Virus record (IMG/VR): IMGVR_UViG_642973577_000001
Coordinates: 64,001-128,000 of that record
DNA: 64,000 bases
Direction: 5' to 3' (one strand)
Source of the DNA: a virus
Lineage: Duplodnaviria > Caudoviricetes
A program made the position numbers and the translations under genes. The notes beneath the pieces are model-generated. The model made no database searches and had not been told where the DNA came from. It worked only from the letters and a program-made list of their open reading frames with translations. Below are positions 44,731-54,550 of this stretch, piece after piece. Position 1 is the stretch's first letter; every line of letters begins with the position of its first letter.

Positions 44731-45660
44731 ATGGCAAAGACTGGTCTCAAGGCCATCAACGACGCAATCGCCGAATCCGCCAAGGGTGGCGGCGGTTTCT
44801 CCGGTCGACTGGGGTACTTCAACCTCAAGGCCGACGAGAGCATCGCGCTCCGGTTCCTGACCGACGTGGACGACATCCTCACCGTCGACTTCTACGAGTT
44901 CATTCAGGACAACAAGGGCAAGCCGCAGAACTTCGTGGTCCGCCCCGATCTGCTCGACGACCCCAACGCCGAGGACTACGTGCTGACCTACGGCGGTCAG
45001 CAGAAGGACTACGGCAGCTCCGACCTCACCGAGCCGACGCCCAAGACGCGCACCGTCGCGCTGGCCGTCGTCCAGAAGGAGGTCGTGACCCAGGGCGATA
45101 ACGGTCGCAAGATCGTCACCTACGAGGACGAGTGGGTCGACATCGAGACCAAGAACGGCACCTTCGAGGGTCGCCAGTTCATCATCGTCAAGCAGGCCTA
45201 CAAGAACTTCTGGTCGCCGCTGGTCTCGCACTACGACGAGAACGGCACCCTCTGCGACCGGGTGTACAAGATCAAGCGCAACGGCAAGGGCACCGACACC
45301 AACTACTCCTTCATGGAGAAGGCCGTCGACCCCGACTGGAACCACGACGGCTCCAGCTACAAGGAGCTGCAGCAGCGGTACGGCTACGGCACCGACAAGA
45401 CCGACGTCCCCGACGACGAGCGGTTCGCCTACTGCCCGCAGACCCTGACCGAGTGGGCCGAGTACATGGCGTCGGAGGACCGGGTGAAGTTCTTCCTCGG
45501 TGACGCCAGCGAGCGCGAGGAGAAGGAGCAGGCCCGCTCCAGCGACAACGGCAGCAAGACCGGTGACGGCTCGCTGCAGGCCGACGACGACGAGGCTCAG
45601 GCTGCGCCTGCGCCGAAGACCGGCGGCTCGCTGCAGGAACGGCTGGCCAAGCACCGCTAA
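44731..45660 (+). CDS. single-stranded DNA-binding protein (gp32-like)
   Basis: YFNLKADESIALRFL, YKIKRNGKGTDTNYSF; acidic; precedes polymerase. Confidence 0.75.
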   Translation: MAKTGLKAINDAIAESAKGGGGFSGRLGYFNLKADESIALRFLTDVDDILTVDFYEFIQDNKGKPQNFVVRPDLLDDPNAEDYVLTYGGQQKDYGSSDLTEPTPKTRTVALAVVQKEVVTQGDNGRKIVTYEDEWVDIETKNGTFEGRQFIIVKQAYKNFWSPLVSHYDENGTLCDRVYKIKRNGKGTDTNYSFMEKAVDPDWNHDGSSYKELQQRYGYGTDKTDVPDDERFAYCPQTLTEWAEYMASEDRVKFFLGDASEREEKEQARSSDNGSKTGDGSLQADDDEAQAAPAPKTGGSLQERLAKHR

Positions 45661-45800
45661 GACCCCAACCCCCGCCAGCGCCCTTCTGGATCGTCTCCGG
45701 CTGGGTAGACCTGGTATCCCACACGGGGGAAGCCGACTCACAATCGGTTACGGGCTGGGCCGGGGCAGGAGGGATACCTGCCCCGGTTCCGGGTCTTAGC
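45656..45800 (+). ncRNA. structured intergenic RNA element upstream of dnaE (putative)
   Basis: GCTAAGACCC/GGGTCTTAGC closing helix with inner hairpins. Confidence 0.5.
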
Positions 45801-45811
45801 AAAGGAGTGCC

Positions 45812-48800
45812 ATGAGCATCAGCAACGCCGATTACGTTGCTCTTCACAACCACGGCGACACCAGCTTCCTGGACGGTCGCGCCCGCCACGAGGAGATCGT
45901 GGAGCGCGCCGTCGAGCTGGGGAACGAGGCCGTCAGCCTGACCGACCACGATGAGGTCAACGGCCACATCAACATGTGGAACCTGTGCCAGAAGGCGGGC
46001 ATCAAGTTCGTCCCCGGCGCGGAGCAGCGGTGGCTGATGGACCCCGAGGAGTCGCGCCGACTCTCCACGAGCGGCTACGACTACAGCCACATCTGCCTGC
46101 TGGCCGAGAACAACGAGGGCCTCAAGAACCTCTGGACCCTCTCGTCGCTGGCCTACGAACCCGGCAACTTCTACCGGTACCCGCAGCTCAACCCGCCGCT
46201 GATGAAGCAGTACGCCAGCGGCCTGTGGGCCTCCGACGGCTGCGGCCTGACCCGGTTCGCCGGGTACATCGAGGAGGACGACGAGGAGAGCGCCCGCCAG
46301 GAGTGGGCGGTCCTGCTGGACATCTTCGGCGACCGGTTCTACTCGGAGCTGCACACGTTCAAGTTCCTGGAGAGCGAGGATCGACCGCTCGACGCCAAGG
46401 AGCGCGAGATCAACGCCAAGATCACGAAGATGAACCACGCCAAGGTCCGGTTCGCCCAGGAGATGGGCGTGCCGCTGGTGGTCGTGAACGACGCCCACTA
46501 CGCCTGGGAGCGGGACTGGAAGCAGCACCGCCTGGTGTGGAAGATGAACACCAAGAACAAGAAGGACCAGAGCGAGGGCAACGCTCACGCGGCGGACTGG
46601 ATGATGTCCGCCGACGAGCTGGTCCACTACATGGGCCTGCACGGCATCTCACGGTCGATCGTCGAGGAGGCGGTCAAGAACACCCGCATGATCGCCGACA
46701 GCTGCACGGTGGAGATCAAGCCGACCATCAACATGCCTCGGCTGCACGACACCGACGAGGAGGACCGTGCGGCCTTCCTGCGCTCGTGCGAGGAGGGGTT
46801 CAAGCGGTTCGTCACCGACAAGGGTCTCGACGAGGAGACCTACCGGGCGCGGCTGGAGCGCGAGCAGAAGCTGATCATCGACAAGGACTTCTACGGGTAC
46901 TTCAACGTGGTCAGCGACTACATGCTGGCCGCACGCTCGGGCGAGTACATCAAGTGGGTCAAGCCTGGTGCCAAGCCCAAGCCGTGCATCTGCGGCCCTG
47001 GCCGTGGCTCCGGCGGCGGCTCGCTGGTGAACTACCTGCTGGGCATCACCTCGCTCGACCCGATCAAGTACGACCTGTCGTTCGAGCGGTTCATCAACCC
47101 CGACCGCCCCGACTTCCCCGACATCGACGTCGACTTCCAGAAGAGCCACCGCAAGGACCTGCTCGGGTACATGGCTGCCCGGTACGGCGGCGACAAGGTG
47201 GTCGCGATCGGCACGAAGGCCAAGAGCGGACCGGCGCGTGCGATCCAGGACCTGTGCAAGGCCCTCGGCATCGACTTCAAGGACAGCCTGGCCATGTCCA
47301 AGCTCATCAAGAAGGTCGACTTCTCGGACACCAACGACTACGAGGTCAACCCCGACTACGTGCCGCCGACGTGGGAGGAGACGCTGGAGCTGATCGGTGG
47401 CGAGCTGCAGCCGTACATGGAGAAGTACGCCGACACCGGCCTGTTCCGCTACGCGCAGGACATGGTGGGCCTGAGTCGCCAGGCGGGCGTGCACGCGGCT
47501 GGCATCTTCATGGACACCGATCCGATCCTGGGCAAGGCACCGACCCGTCGCAAGGGCGGCTCCCCGGACGCTCCGGTGGCCACCCAGTTCGACATGGAGG
47601 AGATGGCCTGGCTCGGCGCGGTCAAGATGGACTTCCTGTCCAACAAGGGCCTGGACGTCCTGTCGATCGCCCGCGACCTGATCTGGGAGCGCCACGGCAA
47701 GTGGATCGACTACGACGGCTTCCTCTACGGCGCGCCGCCCGAGGGTGCCGAGATCATCCACATGGACGACGACAAGTACGCCGACCCCACCATCTGGGAG
47801 CAGATCGACCTCGGCCACACGGCGGGCATCTTCCAGATCAACACCCCGTCGGGCACCAAGCAGGCGAAGCGGTTCAAGCCGCGCAACCTCAAGGACCTGG
47901 CCGACCTCGTGTCGGTCAACCGACCGGGCGTGCTGCGGGTGCCTGGCCTGCTGGACCGCTACATGCGGCGTCGGCACGGCGAGGAGGAGATCACCTACGA
48001 CCACCCGCTGCTGGAGCAGGTGACCGGCCACACGATGGGCATCCTGGTCTACCAGGAGGACCTGGTGGCCGCGTGCCGCCTGCTGGCCAACTTCACCCCC
48101 GGCGAGGGCGAGACGCTGCGTAAGGCGATCGGCAAGAAGAAGCTGGACCTGATGCAGAGCTTCAAGGGCCAGTTTCTGGAGGGCTGCATGGCCAACCGCG
48201 AGTTCACCCGCCAGGGTGGCAACCGGGCGCTCGCCGAGCGCATCTGGCAGCAGATGATCGCCTCGGCCAGCTACGCCTTCAACAAGGCCCACGCCATGGG
48301 CTACGCGATGCAGGCCGTGCAGGAGATCTGGGTCAAGGCCCACTACTTCCAGGAGTTCGAGACCGGCTGCCTGGCCGTCTACGGCGAGGACGTCAAGGAC
48401 GGCGAGAAGAAGTCGCTGGTGTTCCTCCGGGAGTGCCGCCGTCGCAAGCAGCCGGTGCTGCCGCCCGACGTCAACCAGAGCCAGGAGCGGTTCAGCCTGA
48501 CCGACGATGGCATCCGGTACGGGCTGATCGACATCAACGGCATCGGCCCGTCGGTGATCCCCGACATCATCAAGAACCGCCCGTACGTCGACCTGCAGGA
48601 CTACCTGGACCGCACCAAGAAGGGTCTGGGCGGCAAGCGCGGCGTCGTCGACAACCTGGTCAAGATCGGCGCATTCGACTGGACCGGCCAGAGCCGCTCG
48701 GACATGCTCGATCAGGTCTACTACCACTGGTGCCGGATGGAGATCGCCGAGAAGAAGCGCAACAGCATCTCGGTCGAGGAAACCGACAAGATCGTCTGGG

Positions 48801-49228
48801 ACAAGTGGCGGAAGAACCCCGACAAGTTCCCTCGGTTCAAGTTCGACAAGCCCGAGGTCGTGCAGAAGATCGAGGAGGATCTGGTCGGCACGTTCATCAC
48901 CCGTGACCCGATGGGACCCTACGTCTCCATGATCGAGGGCGAGTGCATCCAGCACCCGACCGACATGGAGGACTTCCGCACCGGCCAGCGGTTCGTGATC
49001 GGCGGCGAGCTGATGCGCATCCACAAGCACCAGGCCCGCAACGGCGAGATGGCCTTCCTGACGGTCCGGTGGAATGAGGAGGACTTCGAGTTCCTCGCGT
49101 TCAACGACAGCTGGAAGGCCTGCAAGCCGATGCTGTCGGTAGGCGCGCCCGTGGCGTGCGAAGTGATCAAGCTAGACGGTGATTCAGCCAACCTGAGCAC
49201 CGTCGTGAGACTAGACTGGATGGACTGA
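45812..49228 (+). CDS. dnaE: DNA polymerase III alpha subunit
   Basis: PHP LHNH..SFLDG..TDH, GPGRGS..SLVNYLLGIT, PDIDVDF, YAFNKAH. Confidence 0.96.
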   Translation: MSISNADYVALHNHGDTSFLDGRARHEEIVERAVELGNEAVSLTDHDEVNGHINMWNLCQKAGIKFVPGAEQRWLMDPEESRRLSTSGYDYSHICLLAENNEGLKNLWTLSSLAYEPGNFYRYPQLNPPLMKQYASGLWASDGCGLTRFAGYIEEDDEESARQEWAVLLDIFGDRFYSELHTFKFLESEDRPLDAKEREINAKITKMNHAKVRFAQEMGVPLVVVNDAHYAWERDWKQHRLVWKMNTKNKKDQSEGNAHAADWMMSADELVHYMGLHGISRSIVEEAVKNTRMIADSCTVEIKPTINMPRLHDTDEEDRAAFLRSCEEGFKRFVTDKGLDEETYRARLEREQKLIIDKDFYGYFNVVSDYMLAARSGEYIKWVKPGAKPKPCICGPGRGSGGGSLVNYLLGITSLDPIKYDLSFERFINPDRPDFPDIDVDFQKSHRKDLLGYMAARYGGDKVVAIGTKAKSGPARAIQDLCKALGIDFKDSLAMSKLIKKVDFSDTNDYEVNPDYVPPTWEETLELIGGELQPYMEKYADTGLFRYAQDMVGLSRQAGVHAAGIFMDTDPILGKAPTRRKGGSPDAPVATQFDMEEMAWLGAVKMDFLSNKGLDVLSIARDLIWERHGKWIDYDGFLYGAPPEGAEIIHMDDDKYADPTIWEQIDLGHTAGIFQINTPSGTKQAKRFKPRNLKDLADLVSVNRPGVLRVPGLLDRYMRRRHGEEEITYDHPLLEQVTGHTMGILVYQEDLVAACRLLANFTPGEGETLRKAIGKKKLDLMQSFKGQFLEGCMANREFTRQGGNRALAERIWQQMIASASYAFNKAHAMGYAMQAVQEIWVKAHYFQEFETGCLAVYGEDVKDGEKKSLVFLRECRRRKQPVLPPDVNQSQERFSLTDDGIRYGLIDINGIGPSVIPDIIKNRPYVDLQDYLDRTKKGLGGKRGVVDNLVKIGAFDWTGQSRSDMLDQVYYHWCRMEIAEKKRNSISVEETDKIVWDKWRKNPDKFPRFKFDKPEVVQKIEEDLVGTFITRDPMGPYVSMIEGECIQHPTDMEDFRTGQRFVIGGELMRIHKHQARNGEMAFLTVRWNEEDFEFLAFNDSWKACKPMLSVGAPVACEVIKLDGDSANLSTVVRLDWMD

Positions 49229-50343
49229 TGGCAAACGCGCAAAAGCTGCTGGACAGCATCAACAAGAAGTACGGCGAAGGCACCATGATGCGTGCCAGCG
49301 AGGTTCCGGTGCATCCGGCGATCCACTCGGGCAGCTACGCGCTCGACTACGCGATCGGCATCGGCGGACTGCCCCAGGACCGCACCATCGAGATCGGCGG
49401 CGGCGAGGGCTGCGGCAAGACGACGCTGGCTCTGCTGGCCATGGTCCAGTTCCTCACCGACCCGGCCAACGAGGGCCGCTCGGCGCTGATCCTGGACATG
49501 GAGCACAAGCTCACGATGAGCTGGGTGCGCGAGCTGATCGGCGACGAGCTGATGGACTCCGACCGGGTGCTCTACGCCCAGCCCGACCACATCGAGCAGG
49601 CCACCAACATCTTCGTCGACCTGGTGAGCACCGGAGAGGTCTGCTACGTCCTCTACGACTCGATCGGCGGCTCGGCGGGCATGGCCGTGGTCCAGAAGGA
49701 GGCCGAGAAGGCTCAGGTCGGCGGTGACGCCAAGGCCATCGGTCGGCTGCTCAACCTGGCCAACATCTACTGCTCCAAGTACCGGTGCCTGGGCGTGTTC
49801 ATCAACCAGGAGCGCGACGATATGGACGGCTACCGCCGGTACATGACCCCTGGTGGCCGCAAGGCCAAGTACATGTTCATCCTGCGCATCCGGCTCAAGG
49901 CCTCCACCAAGGCCGAGGACAAGATCATCCGCAAGATCAACGGCGAGGAGCGCCAGATCGGCACGCTCATCAACGCCACGATCATGAAGAACCAGCTGGC
50001 CGCGCCGTTCCGGTCGGCCAAGTGGAACATGTACAACGTCTGGACCGAGGAGTTCGGGTTCGGCATCGACACCACCGAAGAGGTGGTGCGTCTGGGCACC
50101 GCGACCGGCGTCATCCAGGGCAGCGGCTGGTACACCCACCCGGCGTTCCCCGGCGGCAAGCTGCAGGGCATGAAGGGCATCCAGGCGGCGGTCAAGGAGG
50201 ACCCGAAGCTGCGCGACACGCTCGTGAGCGAGATCCTGGCCGCGCTCAAGGGCGACGAGGACCTGGCCGCGTCCATCGCGCCGATCGACACCGAGGCGGC
50301 GGAGATGATGTCGCAGCTGGAGAGGCAGGACGCCGATGCCTGA
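49228..50343 (+). CDS. recA: RecA-like recombinase
   Basis: LDYAIGIGGLP, GEGCGKTT, QPD..EQA, FINQ..TPGG. Confidence 0.93.
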   Translation: MANAQKLLDSINKKYGEGTMMRASEVPVHPAIHSGSYALDYAIGIGGLPQDRTIEIGGGEGCGKTTLALLAMVQFLTDPANEGRSALILDMEHKLTMSWVRELIGDELMDSDRVLYAQPDHIEQATNIFVDLVSTGEVCYVLYDSIGGSAGMAVVQKEAEKAQVGGDAKAIGRLLNLANIYCSKYRCLGVFINQERDDMDGYRRYMTPGGRKAKYMFILRIRLKASTKAEDKIIRKINGEERQIGTLINATIMKNQLAAPFRSAKWNMYNVWTEEFGFGIDTTEEVVRLGTATGVIQGSGWYTHPAFPGGKLQGMKGIQAAVKEDPKLRDTLVSEILAALKGDEDLAASIAPIDTEAAEMMSQLERQDADA

Positions 50344-50743
50344 CACCGACCCGAGTTTCTACGTCACGCTCAAGTTCCAGAAGGGTGCTCTGGACACCAC
50401 AGATGGGCGCTCAGGCTACCGGTACAAGCCCGGTGCCCGGATGTACCCGACCAAGCAGCCTGCGAGCGCCATGAGGCGCAGGTGGCTGGGCGAGGGCTAC
50501 GACGTCCGCCTGGCCCGTGTGTGGATCGACGAGGACGGCCAGCCGCACATCGAGTACTGCGACCAGGACGACAACATCAAGCCCGTCTGCAGGGCCACCA
50601 GGACCCGGCAGCGCAGCTACCCGCCGGGGACTACCTACGTCGACCGGCTCTGCGTTCTGGACGCCGACCACGGCGGCAGGCACTGCACCACCCGGCAGCG
50701 GACCCGCTACAACGAGTTCGACGCCGACGGCGAGACCTCGTGA
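50336..50743 (+). CDS. hypothetical protein
   Basis: 135 aa coupled ORF, C-terminal CVLDADHGGRH motif. Confidence 0.65.
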   Translation: MPDTDPSFYVTLKFQKGALDTTDGRSGYRYKPGARMYPTKQPASAMRRRWLGEGYDVRLARVWIDEDGQPHIEYCDQDDNIKPVCRATRTRQRSYPPGTTYVDRLCVLDADHGGRHCTTRQRTRYNEFDADGETS

Positions 50744-51093
50744 GGCAGCAGCCTGGCTGGGAGGCCTGGGAGAGCCACGTCAACGAGACCCTGGGTCTGT
50801 CCGGTACCGCCGGGTCAGGTAACCAGTGGTACGAGAAGGGCGATGGAGTAGACAAGAGCGACTCCGAGTACGCCTTCCAGGTCGAGTCGAAATACACTGA
50901 ACAGACGGGGTTCAGGGTCACCAAGGTCGTTGGTGACTACGCGAAGCAGGCCGCGATGGCGGGCAAGAAGTTCGCCCTGTGTGTGCGGATCTGGGGTCGT
51001 GGGCAGAAACAACCCAGCGACTATGCGGTGATCCCGTTCGAGGTGTTCGTGGATCTGGTCGAGAGAGCCAAGGAGGCAGAGCAGCGTGGCTAA
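50740..51093 (+). CDS. PD-(D/E)xK nuclease / Holliday junction resolvase-like
   Basis: GTGA overlap; GSGN..KGD..VESKYT. Confidence 0.7.
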   Translation: MRQQPGWEAWESHVNETLGLSGTAGSGNQWYEKGDGVDKSDSEYAFQVESKYTEQTGFRVTKVVGDYAKQAAMAGKKFALCVRIWGRGQKQPSDYAVIPFEVFVDLVERAKEAEQRG

Positions 51094-51862
51094 AAGCGGG
51101 TTCGGGCTGGGCCGCGACGTCTTCCGGTCGCTGGGCGATCGGGAGATCGTTGCCCCCTACCTCAAGAACGCCATGCTGGACCCGAAGTGGCCGTCGAAGT
51201 ACACCATCACCGTCGACAGCTCGCCCTACTACGGCCTCGGCGACGGCTACTTCCACCCCTCCACCCACGGCCTGATGGGCGAGCGCGAGCTGTACTACCG
51301 GTTCCACCCCGAGCACCGCGCCAACCTGCTGTTCGACCCGCACGACTTCAACACCGAGATGACCTTCGCCCAGGGCACCGCCCTGCACGCCGTGGTCCAG
51401 ACCCAGCTCCAGATGGTCAAGATCCTTCGCCCGGAGAACGTGGAGAAGGAGTTCATCATCACCGAGCACCACGTGCGCGGGCGGACCGACATGGTGGTCG
51501 ACCACCCCACCGAGGGCGAGCTGCCGGTGGAGTTGAAGACCCAGAACAGCCGCGCCTTCGCCTTCCAGGAGGACATCAAGGACACGTGGAACCTGCAGCT
51601 CAACATGGCCCTGTACGGCCTGGGCTACGACAAGGGTGTGCTGCTGGTCCTGGAGGCCGCACGGCCATTCCGCACTCGCGAGTTCACCGTCTACCGCGAC
51701 GACGAGCTGCTGGCCCGGACGTTCGCCAAGTTCGACTACGTGCGCGAGTGCATCGAGAACAACACCCCGCCGCCGCATTGTTGCAGTAAGGGGTCCAAGA
51801 CGATGGAGGCCTGCCCAGCGCGGTACGAGTGCTGGCTGGCCAGTGAGGTGAGAAGTGCCTGA
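51086..51862 (+). CDS. Cas4-like / RecB-family exonuclease
   Basis: FHPS, GTALH, GRTD..VELKT, QLNMALY, C-terminal Cys cluster. Confidence 0.8.
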   Translation: MAKSGFGLGRDVFRSLGDREIVAPYLKNAMLDPKWPSKYTITVDSSPYYGLGDGYFHPSTHGLMGERELYYRFHPEHRANLLFDPHDFNTEMTFAQGTALHAVVQTQLQMVKILRPENVEKEFIITEHHVRGRTDMVVDHPTEGELPVELKTQNSRAFAFQEDIKDTWNLQLNMALYGLGYDKGVLLVLEAARPFRTREFTVYRDDELLARTFAKFDYVRECIENNTPPPHCCSKGSKTMEACPARYECWLASEVRSA

Positions 51863-51995
51863 TAACGAGGAGCGTCTGCGGGACGCTATCGAAGCCGCCG
51901 AGACCGGCGTGAAGACGAAGATCGGGAAGCCCCGCCACGAGGCTCCCGACGTCTGCAACGTGTGCAACCTGGACCACGTGGGGGAGTGCTTCTGA
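51855..51995 (+). CDS. small hypothetical protein (46 aa)
   Basis: GAGGT SD; CNVCNLDHVGEC zinc motif; fills gap. Confidence 0.55.
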   Translation: MPDNEERLRDAIEAAETGVKTKIGKPRHEAPDVCNVCNLDHVGECF

Positions 51996-51996
51996 G

Positions 51997-52281
51997 ATGA
52001 CGACCGCGACCAAGACCGATGCCGTCGAGCTGGTGCTGGAGGAGCTGGACTTCTCTCCCACCTGCGAGATCCGCGTGTCCTGGTCGTTCAAGGTCTTCGG
52101 GTTCACCTTCCGGTTGCCGCCGGGGAAGCGGTGCGACAAGCCCGCGCCGTGGATCGGTCGTCTGCCCTGCTGTGGCCATCATGTCCTGGTCTGCGACGGC
52201 CACCGTCGCGACCGCACCATCGGCTTCCCGCACTGCGGGCACCGTTGGCAGTACCTACACCTCACCTGGAGCAAGATCTGA
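51997..52281 (+). CDS. Cys-rich hypothetical protein
   Basis: 94 aa, GGGGAG SD. Confidence 0.65.
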   Translation: MTTATKTDAVELVLEELDFSPTCEIRVSWSFKVFGFTFRLPPGKRCDKPAPWIGRLPCCGHHVLVCDGHRRDRTIGFPHCGHRWQYLHLTWSKI

Positions 52282-52649
52282 TGGCCAACCCCAACGGACG
52301 CAAGGGCAGCTCGTTCGAGCGCCTGGAGGCCGACTACTTCAAGGAGAACTGGCCCGACGCCGCCGCCGAGTTCATCGACCGGCAGGTCAAGGTCGGCAGC
52401 CGCGACGTCGGTGACCTTGCCAACGTCCGCCTGGGCAAACACAAGATCGCCGTCGAGTTGAAGAACGTCCGGGGCATGAACCTGGCCGGTTGGGTCAAGG
52501 AAGCCCAGGAAGAGGCCCAGAACCTGGACGCCATCGCTGGCATTGTCGTCCACAAGAGGGTGAAGCACGGCAAACCCGGCGAGCAGTATCTCACCATGAC
52601 GGTCGACGACCTGATCAACATCATCCACGCAGCAAGGAGTACACAGTGA
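52281..52649 (+). CDS. Holliday junction resolvase (Hjc-like)
   Basis: MANPNGRKGSSFE..DVGD..VELKN..W..EA..EA. Confidence 0.8.
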   Translation: MANPNGRKGSSFERLEADYFKENWPDAAAEFIDRQVKVGSRDVGDLANVRLGKHKIAVELKNVRGMNLAGWVKEAQEEAQNLDAIAGIVVHKRVKHGKPGEQYLTMTVDDLINIIHAARSTQ

Positions 52650-53359
52650 CACGTACTGGAGACCTCGCGACCGACGTCGCACAGGATCTGCACGACAAGC
52701 ACCTCGCAGCCGTGGAGGTGATGGGCGAGGTAGAGGTGGACCAAGAGTCGCCCATGCGCGGTGACGTCAAGAAGAGCCTCTTCCACCGGCTGGAGTTCCG
52801 CTGGCGCAAGGACGACGAGAAGATCCTCACGGCCATCCGCGCCGCCGTCGACCGCAGCTTCATGGAGCTGTACGGAGAGGCCATCGAAGCCATCGACATG
52901 CTCTACGGCGAGATGCGGGTGCCTGTAGTAGACGACAACGGCGTTGTAGAACACGACAGCGCAGGTAGAGTAGTCTGGCAGAAGGACTCTAGAGGTCGTG
53001 AGATCGAGGACTGGAGTCAGCTAACAGGACAAGACATCGAGACGGCGCTGCTGCGCATCGCATACATCAAGCTCACTCTCGCACCCCAGCTGAACGATCT
53101 GCTTCTCGAAGCGGTGTTTGCCAAGCATGTCGCCGACGATGCCTTCGCGGATGCGTACGAGGAACTCCTGGACGACACCATTCCGGCCAGGAACGCGCAC
53201 GCCTCCCGCAAATCGCGTGTCGACAAGTACCACGCATTCTTCCGCTACTACCTCTACAGCCACGCTGAGGTATTCATGAAGGAGCTGAACAACTTCGCTC
53301 GGGTGCTGGAACGAATCCGGTACTGGAGGATCGACGAAGGTGGGAAGACAGCTCCCTAG
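52646..53359 (+). CDS. hypothetical protein
   Basis: GTGA overlap, AAGGAG SD. Confidence 0.7.
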   Translation: MTRTGDLATDVAQDLHDKHLAAVEVMGEVEVDQESPMRGDVKKSLFHRLEFRWRKDDEKILTAIRAAVDRSFMELYGEAIEAIDMLYGEMRVPVVDDNGVVEHDSAGRVVWQKDSRGREIEDWSQLTGQDIETALLRIAYIKLTLAPQLNDLLLEAVFAKHVADDAFADAYEELLDDTIPARNAHASRKSRVDKYHAFFRYYLYSHAEVFMKELNNFARVLERIRYWRIDEGGKTAP

Positions 53360-54233
53360 TTACGACCCCGACAAGGACGGGCCTTATGACACGTCCAAGC
53401 GGCGCAGGGAGATCTTCAAGCGCGTCTACCAGAACATGGAGCGATGGCGCGCTCAGCAGGAGGACTACGGCATGTCGCCGTTCATGGAGTCCCCCGACGG
53501 CGAGACGATCTACTACGGGGACCTGATGACCGGTCTGCCCGTGCTGGCAGCCACAGCCCCTCAGCAGCTCAAGGCGTTCGAGCGCATCTGCCTCAAGGAG
53601 TACACCGAGAGTGCCGCGACAGCAGAGATCCTCCCTGACTCCAAGTGGTCGACCCCGGTGCAGCAGTACTCTGACGATGCCCTGCGGAAGATGATCGCAG
53701 CGTATGATGCTGTTCAGGACGGCACCTGGGACCCAGTTGAGGCCGTCAAGAAGAAGAAGCGCCGCCCACCACAGCCAAAGGAAGACCCCATCGTGACCAG
53801 TGTCGAAACAGCCCCGGAAGTGCCGGAGGACGTCCAGGACGAGACGCCGCTCAAGTCGAGCCGCATCGCCCACCTGGACTGGACAACGTGCTCCGCCGAG
53901 AACCAGCGTCTCGCGGACTACATCAACTCGATCGCGAATGTGGGTATCACCGGGCAGCAGGTCAAGGCCTTGGCCTTCCTGCGCAAGCCCTGGTACCGGT
54001 CTGCTGAGGAGCAGGCCATCCGCAAGGAGGAGGCCGACCGCAAGGAGGCCGAGAAGGCGAAGTACGCCTACGAAACTGACGAGCAGCGTGCGAAGCGGTT
54101 CGAGGCCGCTCGCCGTCTCAAGGCGGCAGAGGCCGCTCAGGAGAAGGCTCGTCAGGCCATGGAAGAGGTACGCCAGCTGCGCATCGAGGCGGGGCTGGAC
54201 CCAGACACGGGAGAACCTGCCAATGCCGCATAA
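53340..54233 (+). CDS. sigma-70 region 4-like DNA-binding protein
   Basis: PQQLKAFERICLKEYTESAATAEIL..VQQYSDDALRKM pattern. Confidence 0.5.
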   Translation: MGRQLPSYDPDKDGPYDTSKRRREIFKRVYQNMERWRAQQEDYGMSPFMESPDGETIYYGDLMTGLPVLAATAPQQLKAFERICLKEYTESAATAEILPDSKWSTPVQQYSDDALRKMIAAYDAVQDGTWDPVEAVKKKKRRPPQPKEDPIVTSVETAPEVPEDVQDETPLKSSRIAHLDWTTCSAENQRLADYINSIANVGITGQQVKALAFLRKPWYRSAEEQAIRKEEADRKEAEKAKYAYETDEQRAKRFEAARRLKAAEAAQEKARQAMEEVRQLRIEAGLDPDTGEPANAA

Positions 54234-54283
54234 GTACACGCTCGCCGAAGTCGGCACCTTGACCCGAAGGGTTCGACTTCACC

Positions 54284-54550
54284 ATGACGTCCATGCGCTT
54301 GACGAGCGGTCCGAACTACTCCCTGGAGGCCCAGGCCAACGAGCTGCTGCGTGAGTCCCGCAAGGGGGTAACCAAGCTCTCCGAGAAGAAGGACTTCCTG
54401 ACCGAGGACCAGCTGGAGCTGCGCTGGGAGAAGGAGGTGCCCAACGGGCACGGCTTCCCGGAGGCTCACCTTGTCAGCGGGCTGTTCAAGCGGTCCTACA
54501 ACCCGCTGGCGGGCAAGCGACCGTCGCGCCAGCACCGTGACGATGGGTAG
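54284..54550 (+). CDS. hypothetical protein
   Basis: 88 aa, phage codon bias. Confidence 0.65.
   Translation: MTSMRLTSGPNYSLEAQANELLRESRKGVTKLSEKKDFLTEDQLELRWEKEVPNGHGFPEAHLVSGLFKRSYNPLAGKRPSRQHRDDG

Noticed and set aside
41155-50343. Inteins or introns in dnaB, dnaE, recA
   Set aside because: Normal lengths and contiguous motifs; no splice signatures seen
51086-51862. CRISPR-Cas locus
   Set aside because: Solo Cas4-like nuclease; no cas1/cas2 and no repeat-spacer array seen
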